Below, piece after piece: positions 12,501 to 24,366 of a stretch of DNA of 64,000 bases. Both the position numbers and the translations under genes were made by a program. Below the pieces are notes generated by a model that saw only the letters and a list, made by a program, of their open reading frames with translations, did not search any database and was not told the origin of the DNA. This DNA is from Paraspadella gotoi (Eukaryota > Animalia > Chaetognatha), in contig CM119271.1 of the NCBI GenBank assembly GCA_051294375.1, forward strand, positions 14,390,770-14,454,769. Reading direction: 5' to 3'. The number at the start of each line of letters is the position of its first letter. The first letter of the stretch is position 1.

Positions 12501-14346
12501 TTTCCTCCCTTGCTCTTCCTCCCCTTATCCCGACTCCACCTGCTCGTTCTCCTCCCTCTCTTCTTCCACTTCCATCTCCTCCTCCCATCTTTCTTCCTTC
12601 AAACGACAACCGTTGATCTCCCTCATCCGCCATTGCACCAAATGGTCTTCCTTCTCGATCGTCCGGTTTCAACTTCGGCCCTCTCTTCCTCCCTCCGCCC
12701 TTCTTCTTCTTCCCGGCGTCGTTGTCGTCGTCGTCCGCCGGCCGATGCTCCTTCGCGCACAACGACGCCATCACATCGTCGTCGTCATCCTCATCCATTT
12801 TCGTCCTCTTCCGACTCGGTCTTTTTCCGCTTCCTCTTCCAACGTCCCGCATTTCCCGACGACCCGATTCCCCCTGAGTGGGGGCGCCATCTTCGATAGA
12901 GTTTCGTCCTTCGGATCGGCCGAGCGGACGTCCTCCGTCACGATGGCTGCCTCGACTCTGGTTTTTAACTAAGCTGTTATTTCTCTCACCAGATTTCAAT
13001 CCTTCTCTCTCGAAACGTCCATCGTTGCGAAAGCCTTGATTGTGAGAATAATGATCACGACCTCCAGAGTGAAAATTGTGAAGGAAGCTTCCGTGAGATT
13101 GATATCTTTCTCCTCCACCGATAGTCCCATCTCCTCTTCCTCCGCGACTATAATCTTGACTAGCGTCGCCGCATCGATCCCGACCCGCGATTCCTTCGCA
13201 CCTTCCAAATCTCTCGTCGAAACTTCTCTCGAGACTTTCGTCGAAACCCCGTTCGTGACTTTTCTCGTAGCTCCAGTCGTTGCTCCTTTCGCTCCAGGAA
13301 TGATTGCTCCTATGACGGCTTCTATCGTATCCCTGAATACACTCTGGATCTCTCTGTCTAAACTCATCGCCAAACGGACCCGTTTTATTTCTCCCGCTTT
13401 CGTCCGATGGGCGTCGACGAGGCGCGCCCATCTGCGTCATCGATGGTGGGGCGTGGCCACGATGATATTGTGGATCGTGCTGTTGTTGATGGAATTGAGG
13501 ACGAGAAGGATGATTTTGATTGTGGTGGAAATGTGGGTGATCAGTATGATCAGTATGATTATCATAGTTTTGCTCATGCTGATGTTGATGGCGGTGTTGA
13601 TGTTTCTTTTGATGTTGGTGGCGATGTTGAGCCGCCTGTTTATGATGAAGTGGATCTTCCCGAGGATGACGTTGTTGATTTTGCTCTTGATGTTGTAGTT
13701 GCTGATCGTCAATTTGCTCCATCTCCTTTTTCTTCGCCTTCTCCTTTTTAACTTTCTTCCTTTTCCTCGATTTCGTGTCTCCCTCGATTTCTCCATCAGC
13801 CGGTCGATGTTGCGTTGCGCACAACGAACCCATCACGTCGTCGTCAGCGTCGCAAGTGACGATCCGCTCGTCGATTTTCTCCACGGATCGATCGAGACGC
13901 GACCGATGACGCTTCGGACCTTCGAGATTCTGCCTCGAACCTTGCGAATGCTGAGAAGAGGATTCTCGCCCCTGCTGATGCTGAGTATGCGAAGGCTGCT
14001 GAATTTGTCGAGATATTCGCGGCGACGAACTCATCGTCTTCTCATGATCCTCGCGAGACGACGATCCCTTCTTGTCTTCGTCGTCGCAGGGAAATCGAAT
14101 CGGCGACGCCTTTCGTTTGGGCGCTTGTGACGCTGCCGCGGCGTCGTCGTCCTCATCTTCTCGCCGGTAGGAGACGCGACGGAGAGAGGCGGAGCGGCGC
14201 CGATCTGCGGGCGGCGACGGCGGCGTCGGACAATTTCGAAAGGCGTCTTCGGGAGTGAGGGAAGCGCGAACGCGGCGAGAGTCTGAAGGCAGATGATGAT
14301 GCTGATGATGATGCTGATGAAGATGATGGTGACGACGATGAGACAT
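6511..14346 (-). CDS. ~2,400-aa low-complexity protein with a central WRN-type (DEDDy) 3'-5' exonuclease domain, catalytically degenerate
   Basis: Seven exons join with consistent phases (approx. 14346-10833, 10749-10476, 10390-9808, 9738-9052, 8931-8844, 8653-8408, 8331-6511). The domain reads FQGLVIY...GLHCEW...KVSLLSLCVSSDR|CYLFHLS...LRKILEDKRFVK|VGHGVQEFLRKLGRDY...STSWSAFPLSK|AQKTHAATLSY, collinear with the WRN exonuclease domain. Confidence 0.8.
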
Positions 14347-16423
14347 GTTTCTAGTTTAAATCTCAAAATCTGGATACGCGATACGGAATTTCAATCTGAA
14401 ATTGGATAGATTTTTTAAAAAATATATGTTAAAACTTAGATAAATAACCGCCGGTCCACATCATCAATAATCGGCCACGATAATTTTAAAGAGTAATTCT
14501 TGTTACGAATTCTCTCAAAAGGGTTTTCTAGCATTGTGATTAACATTCTACAGTAAATTACAAAGTTTAAACGAAAAAAAAAATACCGCAAATTAGACAA
14601 CAATGACGAGATGTCCCGGTGATTCGCAAAAATTCAACAAGAATGAAAGATAAAGAACTTAAAACGTGAGGTTTCACAGCAACGAAGGACTTTTGCTACA
14701 ATTCGGATCCTTAACGAGTCGCCGAAGAAAGTCACGTAACGAGCTGACGACCGAAATACTAATTAAGCGAGGCTGACGAGTGACGGGGACGTCATTAACA
14801 AGTCCCGTCAATCAACTCGTTGCAATTTGCAATTCGCTGTTGACGAAGATCTTGTTGTTGTTGTAGGCAGCTCGCATTCGGACGAGGAGAGCGACATCTG
14901 TCGAGCGGAGGGAGAAAGACGACGGAAACAAAACGACAACCGGTGGTGGCATCACGAGATCACAATTATCTACGAATTATATATATATCTCTCTCTCTCT
15001 CAAATTCTGTGAAAAAATTATTTTCACAAATCAAATTCGCGCTGAAGAAGTCTCTCATCAGAGCCGAAACATGTCCGTATTTTTGTTTCAACTTTTCCCG
15101 TTGTTTTTAAACAATAAAAAAAAATTTGCATCTAAAACTTATCAATAACAACGAAACGAAAGAAATTACACTATGCCTACGAATTATCTAAAATCTAATT
15201 AAATTATCTAAAAATTTTGCTTATTTTTGGGTTCACTAAATGCCCAAAGGCCAAACCATTTTCTCGGAAAGTTTGGGCCTGCGACTTTAGTATGTAAATG
15301 GTTGCTTTTCGATTTTTTTTTTCATGTTTGTGATGTAAAACTCAACACACAGAAGCATATCGACGACATTACGGTTGCTACTTGAATGTATTTAGCCCTA
15401 GTAATATATTTAATTAATGCTAAAATAGCTACGCAAAGAAACTGAATGCATATCTACATCGTATCAAAGCGCTAAAAATCGCTAAAAATAAATAATAGCA
15501 TTTATTTGTTTTATGAAGAAATCAACAATAACTCAAAAACAATTTTATTTATTCAAATTATTCCTACACATTTGGTACAAAATTTTAAAATCAAAATCTA
15601 TAATTGAGATTATAATTGTATGATTAATGATTATCCCAATTATGATTATTACAACAACACTAAGAATTCATGATGGATACGTATGAGTTCGGGAAATTCT
15701 TTTTAAAAAAGCTAAAGAAAATATTTTTTCAATGTGTCTTTCTGTCAACTATTAGTCACCGTTGGTTAAAGAGAATCACAAACTTAAGAAAAATATAAGA
15801 GGACGACGGAGAAGTCGATGGGAGAAAAAATCAACATTGAAGCAAAATATCAAGATAATAAAAGAAGAAAAAACGATTACAACGAAAAATTACATCCCCA
15901 GGACCATTAATAACCACAAAGAAGTCAAAAAGAAACTAAACTCCTAAAAAAACACCATTACACTACCCGCACTTTTAGAACCGACTATTTTTGTGTTAGA
16001 TTTCCATTTTTAAAAAATGCTGAAAAACAAGTAGATCTGTATTAGTATAAATAAATGAGAAATATTTAAAAAAATACAAGAATTCATTCAGAATGTGATC
16101 TCGCGAATAATAAAAAAATAAATGACAAAAATCAAAATCAGGACAATCTTAAATCTGAGAAGTCGAATAATTTTTGAATATCTAAATAACCATTTAATAT
16201 TGATTTATTTCAGGAATTTTATCATAGATTTTGGAAAACAAATGAGGGCGAGTGGTTTATTTAAATCCTGTAACATGATAGAAATCCCGCTGAGAGGTAA
16301 CATCAAATAAAGGCGAAAGGCTTATTTAAGTCCTGTAACTTGATAGAGATTCCGCTATGGGAAGCAATGACAAATGAGGGCGAGTGGATTCTTTAAGTCC
16401 TTGGAGATCCCGCTATGGGAAGC

Positions 16424-16682
16424 TCGATCCTCATCATCCTCTTCCCCTCCCTCTCCCGAGGATCCGTCCTTTTTTAGTCCAGTCTTCGCGAGCGTCGAGT
16501 TCTACTAACTTCCAGTCTCCTTTAATACTATTCCGGCCAGGGACTTTTCCTCAATAAACATTATCAGTACGATATACGTCTTCTTCTTCAGTGGCGCCCA
16601 ATGTGGGGCTCGAACCCACGACCCCAGGATTAAGAGTCCCGTGCTCTCCTCATTATCAGTACGATATACGTCTTCTTCTTCA
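16424..16682 (+). mobile_element. LTR-retroelement fragment: LTR 3' part + PBS extended into tRNA-Lys + duplicated LTR end, flanked by GGGAAGC
   Basis: AATAAA at 16553 and ...CTTCA end at 16590 are followed by TGGCGCCCAATGTGGGGC (Lys-CTT PBS). The 32-bp LTR end occurs at 16559-16590 and 16651-16682. GGGAAGC lies at 16417-16423 and 16683-16689. Confidence 0.65.
16592..16648 (-). pseudogene. 5'-truncated tRNA-Lys(CTT) copy with encoded CCA
   Basis: The reverse complement GGAGAGCACGGGACTCTTAATCCTGGGGTCGTGGGTTCGAGCCCCACATTGGGCGCCA covers the D-loop 3' side, anticodon arm (CTT), T arm, acceptor 3' strand and CCA. The 5' acceptor strand is missing. Confidence 0.9.
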
Positions 16683-17139
16683 GGGAAGCAATGACGATTA
16701 GGGCGAGTGGATTATTTAAGTCCTGTAACTTGATAAAGATTCTACTATGAATAGTAAAGACAAATGAGGGTGAGTATATTCTTTATTCTACATTGTCTGT
16801 ATTTTGAATATAATTTGAAATGATGAGCTTTGAATTTGAATAAGTCGAATTTAGTATACCACTACTTCCGAATTATCATCCAAATTGTCATTCCCTTCTC
16901 CCTGGTTTTCCCCAAAAAGGCTACTAATAATAAGGCGCTCTCGTTCATTTTTCCAATTTTAAATATACATTTACAATTAGATTAAATATTTTATATTTAT
17001 TAACCATACCTTAACCCTAAATATATATTTAATCTAAATGTAAATGTATATATATATATTTAATGCAGTTTGTTTGGAGCACAGGATACATTTCTTTAGT
17101 TATGCCACAAATGTTTTTTTTATTTTGTCATGCCATATT

Positions 17140-17325
17140 TAATCTAGAATATTGAAAATTGTTTTTTTGTCATATTTACTCCAGAATATTGAAAATTGTT
17201 TTTTGTCATATTTACTCCAGAATATTGAAAATTGTTTTTTTGTCATATTTACTCCAGGATATAAAAATTGTTTTTTTGTCATATTTACTCCAGAATTTTG
17301 AATATTGTTTTTTTTTGGTTGCCAT
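17140..17325. repeat. 38-39-bp tandem repeat, ~4-5 copies
   Basis: Directly visible unit tgtcatatttactccagaatattgaaaattgttttt. Confidence 0.9.
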
Positions 17326-17881
17326 ATTTGTCATAGAACTCTCCGTACCTTTTATGACCTGTCATAGAACACTCATATTCTCATCTCTATGAGGGTGAGT
17401 GGATTCTTTAAATCCTGTAACTTGATAAAGATTCCAATATGAGAAGTAAAGACAAATGAGGCCAAGTGGCTTATTTAAATCTTGTAATTTGATAGAGATA
17501 GGAGGAAAAGACAAATGAGAAACAGTGGCTTGTTTGAGTCCTTTAACTTATTCTGTCTAAGACCCTGATGAAAATCGATTTTACACCATCAAGACGATTT
17601 CCAGCTTTTAGAAGTTGGTTACCAATATTCAGGATATGTTAATATCACATAATACCATCGATGAAGTTACCATTTACCCATATCCTTTGCTCCCCACGCC
17701 CACCCCCACGATGCCCGATCAACCGAGACGATCAGGAGATTACTTAACAGTTAACACAGAGAGAAGAGTAGTTTATTCTATATCTCGATGCCATTTCTCT
17801 TCCCAATTTTCGATCGTGACACCTCCTCTTCCTAGTTTTAAATAATTTTTAATAACAACCACTATATCACAAAATGATAAA

Positions 17882-18130
17882 ATAAGCTGGGCAGCATATC
17901 ATGCGTCAAAAATTCAAAACTAAGAAGCAATACCATGTATATCTGGTGTTTTACCATTGTTTTATGAAAAAGCTGCCTCTTTAGTAATAATGAGTCATGG
18001 AATGAAGTCGGTAAAGGTAGCAACTGAACAATTAAATTCTGGTCAGATACCAATAAAATGTTGGGATCAATCATTGCTCTAATAAAGCTTATTCAATGGA
18101 AATATCTTAATGATTTTGCTGAGAATCACT
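17882..18130 (+). pseudogene. Decayed fragment of a transposon-associated protein family common in marine invertebrates
   Basis: Hand translation gives ISWAAYHASKIQN*EAIPCISGVLPLFYEKAASLVIMSHGMKSVKVATEQLNSGQIPIKCWDQSL/ALIKLIQWKY, with one stop and one frameshift. It resembles the recalled motif SWAAYHAS..LLPLFYEKA..HGM..LNPGQIP..DQPL.AL.K.IQW. Confidence 0.6.
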
Positions 18131-18815
18131 GCTACGTTTCTGATAATCTCTCACGCGTCAAAATTCCGGCTGAACTCCACCACATCGAGGAAGGAAGAGG
18201 AGAGAAATCCGGACACGATTTTGACAAACAAAGGACTGGTGATGAGGAAAAACACTTCCGCGGTTGAGGATAAGAGAGACGGTGAAATAAAATTCGGACA
18301 AGTCTATGTGGTGAAAAATGACGATGTTTTTATGGAAAGTTTACTTCAAAACGATAAATATCACTTCTGCCAGAGATAGAATAAGGTAACGACAATATAA
18401 AGGAAATGAAGAATAATTTTAAAACTGTTATTCCCGAGCGACCACCGAGAGAAGAAAATGTAACTTGTAATTTAGGCATGAGCGTTTATTTAAAAGAAAA
18501 AAAATGAAAAAGAAAGGACAGAGAACTCTCCCGGGTCGAGCGCGACGTCTCCCCGGACTTAAGCGTGGCCGTGGACCGACCGTTGCGTCGGCACAATACG
18601 TTGCCGAAGTAGTTCGTCCATCGTCCGCAGATTCACGCCTCTGCCGATGAGGTAGAAGAGGAAGAAAACATTTATCGGGAATTGGAAAGGGTGAGAGATA
18701 GCGAAGAGGATCTGGCGAGTTGGGGGACCGATTGGGGGGAGGGGGAAGACGATGGGGAACGTTATTTGACACCGATCCCTTTCCCCACGTACGAAATAGT
18801 TAATTAACGACGTTG

Positions 18816-18860
<45 letters not shown>

Positions 18861-21120
18861 TGGAAAATATATTTTGAAATTTAAACAAACTGCGAAAAAA
18901 TGGCTATCAAAAATATTATTTCGAGACGAGTGCGAGACCAAGCGCAAGCACGTAAGTAATAATAATATATTTAAAATTTAAAAAATAGATTTAAAATATT
19001 ATGTTTATTATTTTAAGATTATCTGGTACTCTCATTCTATTGTTACTATGTGCATTAAAAATTAAATTCGTAGATTCGTTTCTAGATTATTTCCTAACCC
19101 CCGTAACAACATTGCTATTAGTTTTATACCTTTGTTAGATGTAGAAACATATGTTTGAATAATAAAAATATTCGTCGTTTAAATAATAAAAAGAAAAAAG
19201 TGTTTTTTGTTTAAAAGGAACAGCTAGAAAAAAATAAAAAAGATAGATTCGTTATTTGTCAAAAAAGGCCTATTGATGTCAAATTCTCGTTTTGAAAATA
19301 TAGGGGCACGATAGCCCAAGGCCGAAAAAAAATAATGCGAGCGTCGGTCCCGAATGTCTGTTCGCGCCGGGATGGAACCGCGGACAGACATTCTCTCTCT
19401 CGCGCGCGGATGACAGATCGTTTTCCGAAATATCTGTGCGCGCCGGGATCGATGACACTAAATGCACCTACTTGCAGGTATGTTCACTTCAAGCATTTAT
19501 GAAAGAAGGCAAAGCATTCAGTTGGTAACTGTAGGTGTCATTTTTGGAATTCCTTTTTTCATCATTTATGGCGCTATGGGAGCTGACTTCGGTTGGGACA
19601 ATGTCATCTACAATGAGTTATATGTCCGCGCCTTCCCTATGTCAGCTTCTTTGGAAAGGCGTCCAGGTGCTCCTGGATAATAGATGCCACATGCCGGTTC
19701 CATGAAAAGCCTGTATAGTACCGGCAAAATTATATCTCTAGTACTATCACCTCAAAACTAATCAAATCATTAGGTGGGTCTTTTTTTTTACCTTGTAAAT
19801 AAATAAATAAAAAATTAAATAATTAAATAAATGATTAAGATGAGAGAAAAAACAAGCGTAAATATTTAATCAATGTAAATATGAAATTTAATTAGATCAT
19901 AAAATCGAGACGGACAAAAATTGAGTGAAAAAATCAAGTTTAAAAACAAGTAAAGACAAGCTATAATCAAAATCAATACAAAAAGATTTACAAGTAAGTC
20001 AAATCTTTGATATTTGTTTAGTTTTAATATTAAAGATTATATTATATTATTATATTATATTATAATAGAATAAATATTATATCAAAAATGTTTTGTGATA
20101 ATTTCTCTTTTTTCGTTGTTTTTGGGATTAGCGTAAAACAAAGTTTATTTTTTTAGGTGTAACAACGATTTTTATTTAGAATATAGAGAGAGAGAGAGAG
20201 ATAAAAAGAGTTTCCAACAAAGAATTGAGTAAAGGATAGTGGTCAGATGTGAGGACAGGTGAAGATAAGGACAGGGAAGAAGAAGAAGTAAATATTGTGA
20301 AAAAGTGAAAATGAGAGTGAGAGAGAAAAAAAAATTAATACATTAGACAATGTACAACAAAGATAAATAAGTAGCAGCATTTTTTCTAAAATTAACAAAG
20401 GAATATTAGTAACAAATGAATAATTTAATTTAAATGAAAATGAAATTTAAAAGAAGATGAAAATATGTAGGTGAGATATTGATAAGTACAGAGTTTCGAA
20501 TCAGAAGACACTTTCGTCTATGAAGGGAAATACTTTGAAATCAAACTTACCATTGACCTTATGTTCAGAGAGAGAGAGCGAGGGAAAATTAAAAAAGAAT
20601 TGATCCAAAATCGGACCCCTATTCTGCAGCAGGCTGTTTGATCGATTTTTCTTATCTCTTATATATTTTCCTCAGCTCCTAGAGAGTCAGCTTAACCCGA
20701 CAAAATTGTTTAGCCCAAAACAGTAAACATGCACTCCCAACATCAAACCCTTGTACTATATTTCTAAACCAGAGAAAAATTATAACATTTTGAACCCACA
20801 AGTATCCAGAATTAATTCCTAGTGAATGTCGTTGCTCATTAATCAAAATAATGAACGAAATTGTCCAAATCCACCCGCTAAGGTTATTTAGCCTTCAGAT
20901 CTTTCTTCTTTGTTCAGTAACATCATAATAAAATATAAATATAGTACGACATGTAACAAGTGTGGAAACGAACGGAGTAGGTAAAAGTTCTCAAATCTGC
21001 ATGAGTGAGGATCATTGTCTTTTCCGTGAACATAGGATCAAAAACGGGGTCGTCAACGCATTGACGACGCATCGATAGCGCACGATTCACCCTTCCTAGT
21101 TTTCGATCGCGTCTCCGTCC

Positions 21121-22044
<924 letters not shown>

Positions 22045-22431
22045 TTATGGATTTTGGTATCGTAATTAAAGCCTTTTTTAAAAGGTCTTAGGGGATAGGC
22101 GAAGAAATTGGCTGAGCTGATGAAACAGAAATAACGAATATTGTTTTAAAAAAAGGTATAAAATGAGATTGACTAATTAACGAAATAAAAAAAAAACTCT
22201 TTGCGGTGAACACTTGAAGAGGAAACGAGTGGCCTTAATGAACCGAAATGAAAAAAATTACTATTATTATTATTATTATTACTTTAATGACCCACGATGA
22301 ATGAGGAAGAGCAGGCACAACCCAATTCGATTTCTTTCAAATTCGGTCGATGCTCGGGAAGATGGAGGATGGAGTGCGGAGTTCAGGGAAGGACGGGGAA
22401 CAGGAATGCAATGTGAATCAAAGGCAAATAA

Positions 22432-24088
22432 TCATAGCAAACGGTCGCTCAACGACCGGGCCGACTCCCAGCCTTCGGTTTCTGTCCAATCTTGGGTCAA
22501 ACTCGTCTCGAAGCTTTCGTCCGCGACGTCGACGGCGTCCCGTTCGTCGCGAGGGATTCGAAGTCGAAAGGAATGTAGGAACATCCGGGATGTCGAAGCG
22601 TCGGACCCGTATGTAAAGTCCCCGACGATGGGATGGCCTCGTGGCGAAGAAGAAGAATTGAGTTGTAAGCGGAAAAGATTGAAGTGGGAAAAGTAAAACA
22701 AAAGACGGCCGGATAAGGACTTTTCATTGATTTACCGATTGAAAATTATTGGTTGTTGTAATCGTTATTTTCCCCTTGTTCAAAAGCTACTTTAACATTA
22801 TGATAAATTCTAAACTATTTATTCTCAATAAAGAATTCAAAAAAATATTATAAATACTAGTCAATAGTAAAGAAACTGATTTGAGTCCATCTGTCCATCT
22901 GTCCGACCACCCGATCCCTCCCCCGCTTAATCTCACCGATGGCCAAAGCGTGCACCCTGATCTGATGCCTCCTCCCAGTTTCCAACTGGACCAAAACCAA
23001 CGTCGCCTCCTCTTCGTCTTCTTCCCTTCGGAATCGGCCGCGCGCCAAGGCGTGGAACCGAGTCTTGGCGTGGCGCGCGTAGGCGCAACCGGCGTCCATT
23101 TCCGGCGTCGTCATTTTATGCTCGTGACCGTGGCGCGTGTCCGCGCCTATAGGGTAAGTCACGGTAAGCGGGGAAGTCGTCAACTCACCCCTGAAAGGTA
23201 AAGGTTCTTAGGTTACCTTCTTTGCAGCTTTTTAGAGTTTGAGATTGATTGTTATTTTTGTTTACATTTGAAAGTATTTGAGGAGTGTTCAAGGTCATTA
23301 GCGGTCGGCTTTTAATGCCAAGTCGTCCGAATTGTCTTCAGCCTTAAAAAGAGTTTTCACGGAAAGAGAAAGTGATCTCTCACCAATGATCATTCACTCT
23401 AGGCCCACTGATGTAGAGAAAGAAAGAAGATTCTCTCGCGTCTGACGTGGACAAAACTTTTGACCGAAAGTCATGAAAAAGACAACCATTCCCTCTCGAC
23501 CTTCTCACCTCCACAACCTCCTCAAAGGCTTTGCCCGCCAACCCGCCCCTAGTCTTTTTCCCCCCTCACCTCAACAACGCCAAGTAGTGTTTGGTCACCC
23601 TTCGCTCCTCGAAGGCTTTGCCCGCTCGCTTGGCGGCGCCGGGCGTCAACGCTAAGCATATGGCGCCGGAGGTGGCGAAGTCGAGACGATGGACGAAGCG
23701 AAATCCGTGGGTGACGGTGGCGTCGACGGCAGAAGGTTGTAGACGCTTGTAATAAGTATTAAATACAATAATAACAACCAGAGTATTAGTCATTGATTAT
23801 TATTTCACAAAACAAATTCTCGACCCGAAGGCTAACCTTCAATTTCTCGGCCAAAGAATCCACGTTCGGGTCGTCGTGGTTGATATAAACGTCAGGAGGC
23901 TTCGACGCCACCAAAAACTCATCATCAAGAAAAAGGATTTTCACGTCCGTTTTTGCCGCAGCCGCCACCGACGCAGCCGACGCCGCACTTGGCCCGTCTT
24001 CGTCCCTCATCACGGCCGTCCGGTCTTCGTTCGCACAAAATGTTTCGTTCGGACTCATTGCATCGATCCGATCGCCAACGGCGTTCAT
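22432..24088 (-). CDS. RPUSD1: RluA-family RNA pseudouridine synthase, RPUSD1-like
   Basis: FRFVHRLDFATSG (catalytic HRLD), ETGRRHQIRVH, GHPIVGDFTYG and RMFLHSFRL across 4 exons. Confidence 0.85.
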
Positions 24089-24366
24089 GTTTGTACTTCA
24101 AGACTGGACCGAGGGCGACGGACATTTCGAAGAAAATTTCAATCTCAAAACTGACGATAATCTCAAAACTTTCACGATTCAATTTTAATTAAAACGTGAA
24201 CAGACGCTGACGCAGATGCAAAACGTTTAAAATTCACGACCAATGGGTCAACATTCCATATCACAGAAAACGACGAACGACGAAACATCAAAACTTTTGC
24301 CAACATCAAACCAGAGAGAGAGATTCGTAAATAATTTAATTAGATTCAATTCTCCATTTTCCACCC

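Larger units (their letters stand above)
16238..16790. repeat. ~60-bp minisatellite, interrupted by an LTR/tRNA insertion
   Basis: Repeated degenerate units of acaaatgagggcgagtgg..tttaagtcctgtaacttgatagagatt. More copies lie at ~17390-17550. Confidence 0.85.

Noticed and set aside
16540-16550. NF-kB-like site GGGACTTTTCC in the LTR fragment
   Set aside because: A single imperfect short match that cannot be distinguished from chance.
16592-16648. Functional tRNA-Lys gene
   Set aside because: It lacks the 5' acceptor strand and A-box start, and it has an encoded CCA, so it is a reverse-transcribed copy.
16238-17550. CRISPR-like repeat/spacer array
   Set aside because: The units are contiguous degenerate minisatellites without unique spacers, the context is eukaryotic, and there are no cas genes.
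18900-19680. Plus-strand gene from ATG 18900 spliced to the hydrophobic ORF 19462-19680
   Set aside because: The donor phase leads into a frame that stops quickly, and no homology was recognised.
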